A stretch of 64,000 nt of DNA from Paraspadella gotoi. Its lineage: Eukaryota > Animalia > Chaetognatha. Position numbers and translations under genes: made by a program. The notes under the pieces are model-generated. The model did no database searches. It saw nothing but the letters and a program-made list of their open reading frames with translations, and was not told where the DNA came from. The DNA lies in the NCBI GenBank assembly GCA_051294375.1, contig CM119271.1, positions 1,995,401 to 2,059,400 of the forward strand. Reading direction: 5' to 3'. Below are positions 12,191 through 26,492 of the stretch, piece after piece (within the stretch, counting starts at the first letter, position 1; each line of letters starts with the position of its first letter).

Positions 12191-14824
12191 ATTTTTCCAA
12201 TTACTTGTTCTTTTGTTTCGTTCGCGACGTCCGAATCCTCCTTGTTCGTTGTCTTCGTCTTGGAAGGATATAAACAATTTTATAGAAAAACAATTATATG
12301 AGAAGAAATATAAACAATAATCCAATGTAGATACTCGTACTAGCTAATTTGGGAAAGACTGATGGATTCATGAAATATATTGCTGGAAAATTCTTGTAAA
12401 CTCGGCTAGCTCGAATTAAAAAAAAACCACAATGATAGATTACAGTTTTTTTTTCGTTGTATCGACATTTAACTGTTTTCCCGGTCTCTCTCTCTCTCTC
12501 TCTCTCTCTCGCTCCTCCGCTCTCTCTCTCTCTCTCTCTTCGATCTCATCTCTCTCTCTTCTCTCTCTCTCTCAAAAAAAATAAACGAACCTGAACTCAG
12601 CTTGCGTCGATTCTCCCCCACAGTTCCATTAAGCTGAATTACATCCAGGTCGGCTGGACCCGACCACAGCTCATCCGGCCCGTCCCTTTGTAGGAGGAAC
12701 GTACGGCTTCAAAAAGTCAATTCGAAGGGATAATTAAAAATTGAAGCTTACTAATTAAAAATTCTCAAATAAATAATAATATTTAATTCTTCCTCAACGT
12801 CGGCGTGGTCTAGGTTCGAGTCCATTCATGAACCGGCGAATTGTAAGGACAAAAGATGAGAAGCAGTTCCAGTGCCAAACATGCTGAATATGCGAAAAAA
12901 AACATGGCGATTGGAGAAGCATGGAAAACCCTCATTTCGGGGGTTTTAAAAGCTTAAAGAAAAATGACAGTCTTCTTTCTTAGGAGAAGAAAACAGTGAA
13001 GTGAAATTATTTTATTCATATGCATTAATTACTAGCAATGAGCCGAATTAACTTACATTCACGCATCGAGATATTTCACAGACCTCAAATTTGTGCAAAC
13101 GTCGATTTTCATTCATGAAAACAAAAGGAAAAAAAAGCAAAGATTCGTATTTCTCTAGAAGTCCCGCCATAGAAGTCGCCACTCTCGCATATTCTTTTGT
13201 CAGGGAGAAAATGAGAATTTAGCGAAAATCCGTTTGAGCGATTTAACGTAATAGGTAAATATTTAAATGTTTTATTTTAAGCTGAATAAATTAAACGATA
13301 TTCGTACTGAATCATATAATTTTGGGATGTATTTCGATGCTGGTGCGATTTCGATGCTTGAGGGAGTGGAACCGTTTTATAGTTTATAACAATTTAAAAA
13401 TTTAATTATAAGGAAGTCAGGTAACTCTGGCAATGAAATATAACTAGACATGAGAAAGTCTTTATTGAATGCATGTGGGCCTGCTCATGTTGTTAGTCTT
13501 CCCACAGCCTGTCCAGTGTCGCAAAGTCAGCGGGCAACGAAGGTTTTATTTATTAACTGTATGGATAATAAAAAGGTCAAAATTTATCATATATGACTTT
13601 CCTGCATTTCCCTCAGGCGACTTACAGTTTTCTTATATGGTTCGTTTAAAAGCCGATCTCGTTAAATAGGGACGTCGCTGTTTTCCTCGTTCCTATCGCG
13701 ATCTTCGTTTCGAGATACCTCATCCCAGAGTTTTAACATCTTTTCTGTCCTCGTCCTTTTCTTTTCCGCTCATCCTACAATTTCTACGTTTAAAACGAAA
13801 ATCTTGACTAGTTTTTTTTTTTTAAGCGGGAATTCCGGTTTTTAACTTTTCTTACTTCGACTCCGTCGTCCACAACTAATGTTGTAGGTTTAAATTTTAC
13901 AGTTTAATCTTAAATTCAATAATAATTTCGATCAAAGTTAAGTAATTAAGAAAGCAGAACGGGTTTGCAAGAAAAATATCAGAGTATATTGCTTCCAACC
14001 CCAAACACGGCTTAGCTTTTTCCCGCTGCCTAATCAATCGTCGTAATTTTTAGCCAGAATGAAATTATATGTTTAATAACATTTTGTAGAAGAAGTTTAT
14101 TGAGTAATTCTCAGTTGTTTGGACAACTTTTTAATTCAATTTAACATTAATGTTAGAAATTCTACGTTTTAAATTTCATTTTTTTCGATGAGCGGAAAGG
14201 AAAAACTAATCGGTAATCACTGAATCCCTGGAAAGCAAATGAGACTTGAAAGTTTCAAAAATTTGAAATTCGCGAATTGTGCGGGAAAAATGACAAATGA
14301 TTTTTTGCAAAACTACAAGGTGTTTTTGAAAGGGAAGATATTACGACTTTTATTTCGCCTAAAAGAAATTGGGCGTTCGACGCTTTGTAAGTATTTATTT
14401 TTTTCCCGTTTTTTTACAACTGTTATACAATTTTTTTTTTAAAAAAAATGCTTTACTTTAAGCTTTTGAATTAGGGCTTTTTCCGGGTTTACATCCCGGT
14501 GGCTGCTCTTTGTAGCTAACGGCAGCAGGCAGGAAAAATTGCCTAAATTATTTCATTCCTGGATCCTGGTGCCTGAATATTGCACTAAGGATGTAGATGA
14601 TAATTAAGTTTGAAAATGCAACAGATTGTAATAAAAAGAACATATAAATTGGTCATACAAATCTTGACCAGCATCGGGAATGATCAAAGACAAAGTGGGT
14701 TATAAGATTCAATATATTGGATCGGACAACAAGATTAGCAATTACAGTGAATAAAAAAAAAAAATTATGAGAAAATAAATGAAGCAATTTTGTCTCTCTC
14801 TCTCTCTCATCTCTGCTCTCTCTG

Positions 14825-14860
<36 letters not shown>

Positions 14861-15459
14861 ATCTCTCCTCTCTCTCGTGGAACATCAATCTTCAGCATCG
14901 TCATCGTTCATACGTCTTCCACTCACACAAAACGACGCCCGTCTCAAGTGCGGCGACAAAGTCATCGACGCCGCCAACGATATTGTCGACGCCGCTTCAT
15001 CACAAGGGCGTTTGATGCTTCGCATCGCGGCGACGCCGGACGCACGTCATCCTGCGGCGGCCCACATCTCCGCCGAAACGACCGACAACTTTCTCGACAA
15101 CGTTTTTCGGGGCAAACTCTTGCAAGAGGGGCGACGGAGCTACGGGTCGACGGCGGCGACGGAGTAGACGGGGTCGAAATAGACGAGAAATCCTGGCGAC
15201 GCATGCCGTGACCATTTTTGAGCGTTTGAAAATCATCATCATATAGACAAGGCCGCTGTTCTGAGTGGGTTACTTCGTAGAGACGCCCTAAGTAGAAATT
15301 GGGTTAAGGAAGGAAAAGAAATATAACCATCTTGGAAAATGAATATGTCGGTTTTGCCCAACTGTTGACCCCTTTTATTAATCAAAAATCAACAATGATA
15401 ACGTCTGAAAAATTGGCCTTTTTAATGATTGGTGTTGTTCGGCGACGTATTTCATTTTC

Positions 15460-18400
15460 CATTAATGGTATTGTTGACTATAGTGTATATTGTATATATA
15501 GAGCGTAGTAAAAAAAGTCATAAAATTTCAATCTCTTCATTGCCATAACTCTTGATTCTAAAATCATAGATATATGGATGATCTGTTTTTTTTTTTTGGT
15601 TTGGATGAGCAGGGCAACTTTTCCGGTTTGCCGCAAAATGCTTCTAAAAGTAGGACAGGGAGAAAAAGTCAATCATAAAAAATTGGTTATTAAACTTGTT
15701 TGAAATATACCTGTTTCAAAAATTTTTATAGGAGCTTTAAAAATCAACATATCCGAATTCAGTGCCAAATGATAAGTATCATTCTTTGCTGAAATGGATT
15801 AGCTATGACCAGTTGACTTCAGTGTTTCATGAAAATCGTTTTATGCCTAAAGTTAGCACATGTCTGGTCCAGTAAAGAGCTTCCCCGAGAGTAAACTTGC
15901 AACATCTTCAAATTTTTTGTTTAATTCTGAATTTGGCTTCGCATTCTTGGCAATTCCACTTCTTTCGGCCCTTGTAATGACTAGTGAGACATTTTAAAAA
16001 AGTAAGGCATTGATGTAATCTTTACAGTATATAAACGCGACTCATTCTTAAAGCTTTGAAAAAACTCTTCCATGACCTCTAAAATGACAACTGGAAAGGA
16101 ATTCGCAAGTAACCGTCTAATTGAAATGAGATCACATAGAAGCTGGCCCAGCCGCCAATCATGCATCTTCTGTGCTGTTAATGAGCCAAGTACTTCAAAA
16201 CGATAGACAACACGCTTCTTCTCTTCCCCTCTTTTGAGAACCTTTGCAAAATCGTCACAAGTGCATCTAAAAATTGGAGATTTGCGGCTCCCTCTCAATT
16301 TTTCCGGTTGGTCGGAGTATTAAGGTTGATGAGTTTTGCGAGAGGTTTTCAATCCCAAAAATTAATTCACGTAAGTTTCTATGGTAAAATTTGTACGACT
16401 GTTTTCGATTCAACACCCGTTCGTCTCGAATCTGCTCGAAAACGCGTGAGCGTCAAAGTAGATTTAACTTCTTTGCTTTTTGTCATATCGAACCGAGGGC
16501 CTTTTCCTAATTCTTTTTTTCTAAATCCTGAAACCATTAATGAAAAATCCATGCAACTAAAAACCCTGCTTTGCCCAGAGCATATATGATACGCTGGTGT
16601 TTAGACAATAAGTTGTCAACGGACAGTTCCTGAATATCTTTCATGTTGGAATAAAGGATTTTCTTTTTTGGGTTTGAATCGTTTGTTTGCCAATATTTTT
16701 TAAATTTAGGCTCTTAATTTCTTCCTGTTTTTAAGGCCATTGCAACAAAGGCTAAGAGAATGTCAAAAATGCTTGTTTATGGTTTTTGCTTAAGACTTCA
16801 TCGTCAAAAAGCCCGCAAGTATCCATTGCGTACAGAGGAAATTACCATAGCTCGATCTGAAATGACTTGCTTTCTCGGATTTGTAAGTATCACCAATTTT
16901 TTTTTCCTCGGCATTTTTTGAAAAATGGATATTTTGTTACTAAATGCCCATCAATTTTTCTCAGTCAAGTCCCAATTTATCACAAATTTCGATGATTTTT
17001 TCGCTTTGGAACTGAACAATGTTCTTACCCTCAGTCCTGGTCAAAAATACAAAGGAACTCTTGAAGTAAACTGCCAAAAATTTTTCTGTATGAAACTCTT
17101 TCGAAGAACAGCTCAATTGTTTTCATCCAAAACTGTCGATTATCCACAAATTTCATTCTTGTTTGGACGCAAATATCTCCCTCAGTGCATCGAGATCGTT
17201 TCGAAAAGCACATTTTATCCCTGGATACTGCGGAGCATATTGTCAAACAAATCTTCCTTGAAGGCAAAATTTCTTTTAAGTCGATTCTAATGACGGCAAA
17301 AGATCTTTGAACATTCTCCCATTGGCCATTGCATCATCAACTTCTTGAGAGTAGTTTATTAAACCGCGTCCCCTCCTGCCGTGATTAACATTCTTTTGTT
17401 TTCTTTTTTTAAACCCGAATTCTACAATTTGGATCCAAACTATGCAAAGTCAGTAATTGCGGATTGGCTCATTGTCATCAGATTCATTTTCTGAAATACA
17501 ATTCGTAATTCGGGAACGTTCTTCTTCGTCGCTTTGTGTCTTGCGTTTTCCTCAGTTAGCTCCTGAGAACGCGGAATCCGTAGGGTTTCTTTTCCCCTTG
17601 GTTTCAAACTGTTCATCGGTTCAGGGATGATAGTTTCAACAGATAATTCCCTGCAGAAGGAGCAAGTAACCTTCATTTTCTGCAGCCGACGGCCGTCCGT
17701 CGCATTGCTTTCTTCATCGCGAATTCTGAACAAAGGATAAATGGAGACATCTCGGAGATTTAAACACTCTGTTACTTCCTGGGACGGTGAAGGTTTGCGA
17801 GTGTTGATTCACGTATTCCTTTCATCTCATCTCGGAACTTTGAGCAAAGAAGGTCAGATTTGTTCAAATCTCATTTTTTGCAATTTGACAAATCCTCGGT
17901 CTTCAGTTTCAAAAAAAGATGCTTTACCATTTGCGCCGCGAGCTCTGGATGTTTGGAGAACAAAGCTTCAAACAATTTTCAAGAGAGTAAAGACAGTTGT
18001 CTTCCGAATTCTTCCACCGTTCGCCTCCGTTTTGGTTGTGTGGGAAGACTTTGTTCCGATAATTCCCTTAATCTCGTAACGGCCGACCTGTCGCGGCAAG
18101 GAATTTTTTTGGTCCAAAGTGTTCAAGGTAGGTAATGTCCAATCGTCTTTAAAAAAGCCAGGAATTGCTATTGCCGCTCGTACGATTCCTGAGTCTGTTT
18201 CGCCGTAGTAATTTGTAACTCCGTCACAAATGGCTATATTTTCTAACTGCCCACTGCTCTCACAGTTTGCCGTCGTTCCACTGTTTCTCTAAACTTATCC
18301 TCCTAATTTGACTTGGAAGTAATCTTTGAGACAACTCCTGACAGCAGTTGAGCGCCGTGGTTTATTCGCATCCTGCGCTGTTTCGGTTCAGTGTAGAAAT

Positions 18401-18507
18401 TGAGCGCGTCGATGCATTCTGACACAATCCGATGGGTTGAGAAAATAGAAGATGCTGCATCATGTGCAGCAGGTGGAGCTTATTTGGAATTGCACCCAGA
18501 AATGCAA
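15460..18507 (-). pseudogene. Frameshifted copy of the HEPN-NACHT gene (copy A)
   Basis: Reverse-complement homology to 34855-37790 along its full length, with many 1-bp indels. May reflect sequence error rather than a true pseudogene. Confidence 0.8.
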
Positions 18508-19852
18508 TGTTTTATGTTTTTAGTGAAATCACCAAATTTTTGCTTATAATGCAGATAATGCCAAAAAAAAAAAAAAACTTTAAAAGAATAACAAATTAAT
18601 ATTTTGATGATTTTAGAGAGGAAAAACAAGTTAACATTGTCTTTATTTTGAATGTTTAATTTTAAAATCAATTGAAGAATAATTTTTTATTTCATATAAT
18701 TGTTATAAACTTCTTGACGCATGAAATTTATTACGACTATCTAATATTTCAAAATTTCCATTTTTTTACTTTAACAAAACTCTATAAACTGCCGAACGCC
18801 CCTGGTTAAGTTAAGATTTAATGAAGAGGCACGATACAATTTGTTAACCAGACCGATATTTCTATTCACAAAGCGGACATTCCGAATTTAATTGTTGTTC
18901 AGGATTCATATTAGGCTTTTTAATTCAAAATGTACAAGGGTCGATTCAGTAGCAGAAAACAAAGAGAATATACTGACAGGACACTTTCTGAGTCTGAAAA
19001 AAAAATTGAAAAAAAGAGCGAGATAGACGAGAAAAAAATATTTCAATAAAACAACATTCAAATTGTTTTCATGTCGTAAAAAATGGAAAAAGCCTCGATG
19101 AAATCGAAAATTTAAAGGATAAATAATACAAAAGAACGTATAAACATTCTACGAATGTTTAAAAATATAAAAACATAGTTGTTAAGTCATGATAACCAAA
19201 AAAGTCTACGAAGCTTAGCGAATGCAACGCAGGGCCAATTTTTAAAAACTTCTCGTTGGTGATCGTCATTCCGAGTCAGTGCGAAGAAAATGAGTCAGAT
19301 TCCAATTCTCTTTTCATTTATTTTTAGGAAAAAAAAATCGCAGCACCATTACAATTCGTATAATTTTTAAAGCCCATTTAAATAATATTTATTTTAAATT
19401 AATATGGATATGAACGAGGAATTTTTTAGTGTGTCAAAACAATGAAGCAATTTTAATTTTAAAAGATTTGTATTAAAGTTAAAGGACATTCTTGGCGAAA
19501 TTAGAAAGGTAATTAAATAAATTTTAGGTTTCAAATTCAAATTTTACAATTTGAGACAACAATTTTATTTTTAACATCCTTACGAATTGAAAATGTTGCT
19601 GCAATAGTTAATTGAGTTAGACGCAGTTATTAAATGACAAATTTTATGCATTAGGCGTCCATTTCTAGTACAAAAACGAGGTTATCTATCGAGAATCATA
19701 GGCGAACTTAATTGTAATCACAGATCGAAAAGCATTATGACATAATAGAATAAAAACAAATGAGCATCGTAAGTCCAGTGCGGTAAATAAAGTAAATTAA
19801 ATAATTAATTATTAAAGAAAAAAACCGTGGAATTGTATTTAAGTATGCCGTT

Positions 19853-19931
<79 letters not shown>

Positions 19932-19989
19932 TGTTTATTAATAAGCTCATAATTGAGGGATCTATATATGCATCATTGTGATATCCTTT

Positions 19990-20205
19990 TTAACGGTTTC
20001 AATGAAATTGGTAAAACCAATATTAACAATTATCCTATTCATTTAATAAATAAGGCTATCTTGCCCTGACTTTGGACAGGCTTAAGTGCGTTTAAGGCCT
20101 CCATCACTCTTACAAGATAATGACATAGCAAGTCCCTACAAGCTTTCAACAATTTCAATGACTCTCTCACAGTCTCTCGTTTATTTTACTTCCCAGCAGT
20201 ACCTG
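19990..20205. mobile_element. Short dispersed repeat family (SINE/MITE-like)
   Basis: The motif ATAAGCTATCTTGCCCCTGACTTTGGACAGGCT..AAGGCCTCCATCACTCTT recurs at ~31420-31630 and ~42290-42420. Diverged relatives lie at ~13420-13580, ~25130-25290, ~39540-39710 and ~43990-44080. Confidence 0.65.
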
Positions 20206-20409
20206 AAAATTAATACATTTCGTAACTATAGTTATAGCACTTATACTTATAGATACTATAGGCTACTATACGTATAGACTATAATTACTTTATTATATCT
20301 CTTATTCTATGACCCGTAACACTGAAGTAACATATCCAAACTACCACAACACGGACAAAGTCTTAGTTCAATAATCATTTGTTTCGAATTATTTTCGAAC
20401 CCCTTCTTC

Positions 20410-21380
20410 TTCGTCGTCATGGTCGTCGTCGTCGTCGTCGCTCGTCGTCTTCGTCCAATGTAACGTCTAAGATCTTTAGTCTTTTATTCTTTACGTTTTT
20501 CTTCTCCTGATTCGATATTCGTTGATTTTTAGGAGCCAAGGAGTCATTCCACCGAAAACAATGTGCAATCGTCTCTCTTCTCCTTCTCTCTCTCTCTCTC
20601 TTTCCCTCTCTCTCTCTCTTGCTGAATCGCGCGTGCGGAATATCATTTTTGGTTGTTGGTTCGTCGTTGTTTTCGTTTTCGCCGGTTTAACAAATGCGAA
20701 GGCGTTTTTTTTGTAATATTTTTTACCTTTTACTGTTTTAGCCTAATCCTTGGCTAAGAAATAATACTAAATAAAAACTCGCATCCAATGACACAAGAAA
20801 CAAAAAACACCAACGACGCGAAAGAACTCGGTCATTTCGGTCAAAACTAGAGCTCTGATTGGTCTTATCGAACCTTTAAAATGACGCTTCTCATTGGCCG
20901 AAAGGAAAGAATAAAATAAGAACTTTTTCTTTTACAATCGGATTTTTTGCTCTGTCACAAAAAAAAGAGAGACATAAAAGAAATTAAATTTTATTTTTTC
21001 TAATCGACTTTTTAAAGTCCTCTGGCGATAACTGATTACTCAATAATTCCTAGAGCTTCTTGCGTCATTTACAAATCGATAATTATAATTTTATAATTTA
21101 AATTAAGTAATTTGTATAGCAGCGCAAAAAATATTTATAATGCGTGTATGGATCCAGCGTATTTGTGAGTACTCTTTCCCTCGGTCTTTGTTGATAAGAA
21201 TGATAATTGAATGAAACTCATCCCAAATTTTTCGTTTATTTAATTTTTTGTCCTTGTGAAATTTTCTATCTGAAATTTGTTTCCCTCTTTTTTTATACCG
21301 GCGTAAACCTCTAAAATCTATTTATTGTGGTTTGCGCGCTCTCGCTGGGACGTCCTCTGACTTATTTTTAACCGATCGAT

Positions 21381-21424
<44 letters not shown>

Positions 21425-21450
21425 TCTCTCTCGATCTCTCGTCTCTTCTG

Positions 21451-21482
<32 letters not shown>

Positions 21483-22254
21483 CCTTCAACCGAAGGATTA
21501 CTGTTTCTTTATTTTAGCGACATCCCAACATAAATTAAAAACTTGGAATGAGGTTAAATAAGTCAGAGACGTCCCAGCGAGAGCGCGCAAAACACAATAA
21601 ATGATTTAGAGGTTACGCGGTATAAAAAAAGAGGGAAACAAATTTCAGATAGAAAATTTCACAAAGGAAAAAAATTTAAATAAACGAAAAATTTGGGATG
21701 AGTTTCATTAATTATCATCTATCAACAAAGACGAGGGAAAGAGTACTCACAAATACGCTGGATCATACACGCATTTATAAATATTTTTTCCTGTTAAAAT
21801 TACTTAATTTAAATTATAAATTATATTATCGATTTGTAAAATGACGCAAAAGCTCTAGGAATTATTGAGTATCAGTTATCGCCAGAGTGACTTAAAAAGT
21901 CGATTAGAAAAATAAAATTATTCTTTTATTCTCTCTTTTTTGTGAAGAGCAAAATCCGATTGTAAAAGAAAAAAGTTTTATTTTATTTTTCTTTCGGCCA
22001 ATGAGAAGCGTCATTTTAGGTTCGATAGACCAATCAGAGCTCGAGTTTTGCCGAAATGACCGAGTTCTTTCGTCGTCGTTGTGTTTTTGTTTTTGTCATT
22101 GGATGCGATTTTTATTTAGTATTATTTCTTACCAGGATTAGGCTAAACAGTAAAAGGTAAAAAATATACCAAAAAAAACGCTTCGCATTTGTTAAACTCG
22201 GCGAAACGAAAAACGACGACAACAACAAAAATGATATTCGCCACGCGCGATTCA

Positions 22255-22290
<36 letters not shown>

Positions 22291-22394
22291 GATTGCACAT
22301 TGTTTTCGTTGGATGATCCTTGGCTCCTAAAAATCACGAATATCGATCCAGGAGAAGAAAAACCGTAAAGAATAAAGACTAAAGATTACTATTA

Positions 22395-22429
<35 letters not shown>
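20410..22429. repeat. ~1-kb-arm inverted repeat (fold-back); arms ~20410-21373 and ~21551-22429
   Basis: For example GAACTCGGTCATTTCGG (~20824) versus CCGAAATGACCGAGTTC (~22051). The ~175-bp loop contains (CT)n. Confidence 0.92.
20850..20905 (-). promoter_or_regulatory. Possible promoter with two CCAAT boxes
   Basis: CTGATTGGTC and CTCATTGGCC about 35 bp apart, ~2.4 kb upstream of the NACHT copy on the same strand. Motif evidence only. Confidence 0.3.
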
Positions 22430-22454
22430 NNNNNNNNNNNNNNNNNNNNNNNNN

Positions 22455-24223
22455 AAAAAAAGAGAGAGATAATTATTTATTAATAGAAATTAATAAATAC
22501 AAATTTTTACACGCAGTAACGTTTCATGAGTAGGATGTTATTCATTAGAGTATTGATTAAAGTTTAATTAAATTAATTTCACCCCCCCCCGCCTCTCACC
22601 ACTTTCCCCTTGCCCTTCTCCACCGACGGCGCGACTCTATCGCCTCCTTGCCAGACGCCGCCTGCAACAGCGGCGCCAGAGGAACTCAAAAGGAAGTAGA
22701 GCATCGAGTGATCGCGGAGATATGCGAGAGAGGGCGTCGAACGAGGCCCATCCAAGGATGAGGAATAAGAGGAGAGGAGAGGAGGATCCTGCGGGAGGGA
22801 AGGAGAGGGGAAGAGGAAGAGGGCGAGATGGAGAGAATGAATATGAATGAATTGTGAATTGAATGCAATGAGTGGAATCAATAATGAAAGAACGAATGTA
22901 TGAAAGAATGAAATAGTTAGATTTAAATAAAAGAACTGAAATTATTAATTAATAAGAATAATATAGGAAATAATGTTTGGCGTGCGTAGCCGATTTCCAT
23001 GTATTTAGTTGATGAAACTGATTTCAATCAATGATTTACCAGCAACGATTCGAACCAATCAAAATAATTTTTTCATCACGCCGTTCGTTTCCGACGAGAT
23101 TCATCAAGTTGACAATTGGAGACGAACGTAGAATGCTGATCCTCAGACTCGATCCCGTATCGTTCTGGTCGATGGTCATGGCATTAAAAAAAAGGGAAAG
23201 GCTTAATAGACTTAAGGCTTTAAGGCTAAGGCTAAAGGCTTAAGGCTAAGGGCTGAAGGGCCTAAGGTATCGCACATAAAATAAAGATGCATCAAAGTAC
23301 AAACGCTATCTATAAAAAAAAGACCCCCGTGGTGTTTATTAAACTTTGTTTTCTCAAACTTTAATTTTTAACAGAAATATATCTTTAACTATCTAATCCT
23401 TAAATCTCCTTAATCCTTAACCGTTAATCGCAACCCTAATCCATTAATTTAATCCTAAACTCTCAAATCTCCTTTCTACTTAATATCTAAACCCTAACCA
23501 GCTCTTAAATTCAAAGTCTATAAGTAATTCCATGCGTACAACATAACCTTTCTCCAGAATTAACCCTGTAACTTTTTTTTAAAAATCTAAATATTAATAA
23601 ACACGATTAGTTCATCCAATGTGTGTTGCGCGCGAAGTGACTATACTTAGCCGTATATTGCCATATGAATGCTGCATTGGAATTTTTCGTTTTTTATTCC
23701 TTATAGTTTTAGGATTCCTGAAGGAAGGCGCTAGCAGTCACTCAGATTTTGAGGTTTTTCCTGTCTTAACAAATGACACTGACTATGGGCCGAGTTATGA
23801 GGCCATATTTAAACATTAAGTGACAGATAGACGCGACGGACAGAATGTACGCAACTGACCAACCGACCGGACAGACCGACCGAAAAGAACTAGTTTTGTT
23901 TATTTTTCCAATTACTTGTTCTTTTGTTTCGTTCGCGCGTCCGAATCCTCTTGTTCGTTGTCTTCGTCTTGGAGGATATAAACCAATTTTATAGAAAAAC
24001 CAATATATGAGAGAAATATAAACAATAATCCAATTAGTACTCGTACTGAGCTAATTTGGAAAGACTGATGGATCATGCAAATATATTGCTGGAAGAATTC
24101 TTGTAAACTCGGCTAGCTCGAATTAAAAAAAACACAATGATAGATACAGTTTTTTTCGTTGCTATCGACATTTAACTGTTTTCCCGGTCTCTCTCTCTCT
24201 CTCTCTCTCTCCTCGCTCTCTCC

Positions 24224-24274
<51 letters not shown>

Positions 24275-26456
24275 TCTCAAAAAAATAACGAACCTGAACT
24301 CAGCTTCGTCGATTCTCCCACAGTTCCATTAACTGAATTACATCCAGGTCGGCTGGACCCGACCACAGGCCTCATCCGGACCCGTCCTTTGTAGGAGGAA
24401 CGACGGCTTCAAAAAGTCAATTCGATGGGATAATTTAAAAATTGAGCTTACTAATTAAAAATTTCTCAATAAAAATAATAATTTAATTCTTCCTCAACGT
24501 CGGCGTGTCTAGGTTCGAGTCCATTTCATGAACCGGCGAATTGTAAGGACAAAAGTGAGAAACGCAGTTCCAGTGCAAACATGCTGAATATGCGAAAAAA
24601 CATGGCGATTGAGAAGCATGGAAAACCCTCATTTCGAGGGGTTTTAAAAGCTTAAAGAAAAATGACAGTCTTCTTTCTTTAGGAGAAGAAAACAGTGAAG
24701 TGAAATTATTTATTCATATGCATTAATGTACTTAGCAATGAGCCGAATTAACTTACATCACGCATCGAGATATTCACTGACCTCAATTTGTCAAACGTCG
24801 ATTTTCATTCATGAAACAAAAGGAAAAAATAAGCAAAGATTCGTATTTCTCTAGAAGTCCCGCCATAGAAGTCGCCACTCTCGCATATTCTTTTGCAGGG
24901 AAAATGAGAATTTAAGCGAAAATCCGTTTGAAGCGATTTAACGTAATAGGGTAAATATTTAAATGTTTTATTTAAACTGATAAATTAAACGATATTCGTA
25001 CTGAATCATATAATTTTGGATGTATTTCGATGCTGGTTGCGATTTCGATGCTTTGAGGGAGTGGAACCGTTATAGTTTATAACGAATTTTAAAATTTAAT
25101 ATAAGGAAGTCAGTACTCTGCAATGAATAAACTAGACATGAGAAAGTCTTTATTGAATGCATGTGGGCCTGCTATGTTTTAGTCTTCCCACAGCCTGTCC
25201 AGTGTCCAAAGTCAGCGGGCAACAAGGTTTTATTTATTAACTGTATGGATAATAAAAGGTCAAAATTTATCATATATGACTTTCCTGGCATTCCCTCAGG
25301 CGACTTACAGTTTCTTATATGGTTCGTTTAAAGCCGATCTCGTTAAATGGGACTTCGGCTGTTTTCCTCGTTCTATCGCGATCTTCCGTTTCGAGATACC
25401 TCATCCCAGAGTTTAAATCTTTTCTGTCTCGTCCTTTTCTTTTCCGCTCATCCTACATTTCTAGTTTAAAACGAAAATCTTTGACTAGTTTTTTTTTTAA
25501 GCGGGATTCGGTTTTTAACTTTTCTTACTTCACTCCGTCGTCACAACTAAATGTTGTAGGTTAAATTTTACAGTTTATCTTAAATTCAATAATAATTTCG
25601 ATCAAAGTTAAGTAATTAAGAACAGAACGGTTGCAGAAAAATATCAGAGTATATTGCTCCAACCCCAAACACGCTTAGCTTTTTCTCCGCTCCTAATCAA
25701 TCGTCGTAATTTTAGCCAGAAATGAAATTAATAATTTAATAACATTTTGTAGTAAGAAGTTTATTGAGTAATTCTCAGTTGTTTGACAAACTTTTAATTC
25801 AATTTACATTAATGTAGAAATTCTACGTTTTAAATTTCATTTTTTTCGATGAGCGGAAAGGAAAAACTAATCGGTAATCACTGAATCTGGAAAGCAAATG
25901 AGACTTGAAAGTTTCAAAAATTTGAAATTGCGAATTGTGCGGGAAAATGACAAATGATTTTTTCAAAACTACAAGGTGTTTTGAAAGGGAAGATATTACG
26001 ACTTTTATTTCGCCTAAAAGAAATTGGCGTTTCGACGCTTTGTAAGTATTTATTTGTTTTCCCGTTTTTACACTGTTATACAATTTTTTTAAAAAAAAAT
26101 CTTTACTTTTAGCTTTTGAATTAGGCTTTTCGGTTTACTCCCGTGGCTGCTCTTTGTAGCTAACGGCAGCAGGAGGAAAAATTGCCTAATTATTTCATTC
26201 CTGGATCCTGTGCTGAATATTGCAAACTAAGGATGTAGATGATAATTAAGTTTGAAATGGCAAAGATTGTAATAAAAAGAACATATAAATTGGTCATACA
26301 AATCTTGACCAGCATCGGGAATGATCAAGACAAAGTGTTATAAGATTCAAATATGGATCGGACAACAAGATTACCAATTAAGTGAATAAAAAAAAAAAAT
26401 TATGAGAAATAAATGAGCATTTTGTCTCTCTCTCTCTCTCATCTCTGCTCTCTCTG

Positions 26457-26492
<36 letters not shown>

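Larger units (their letters stand above)
10735..20430. repeat. Copy A of the ~10-kb duplicated unit
   Basis: Collinear with 22455-31850 and reverse-complementary to ~31853-42260. Confidence 0.95.

Noticed and set aside
15981-18135. Many short ORFs in copies A and B and antisense to the NACHT gene
   Set aside because: Frameshift fragments or antisense shadows of the single HEPN-NACHT CDS.
10735-20430. The 10-kb unit as an autonomous transposon or endogenous virus
   Set aside because: No transposase, integrase, polymerase, Rep/helicase or capsid ORF was seen, and it contains partial host exons.
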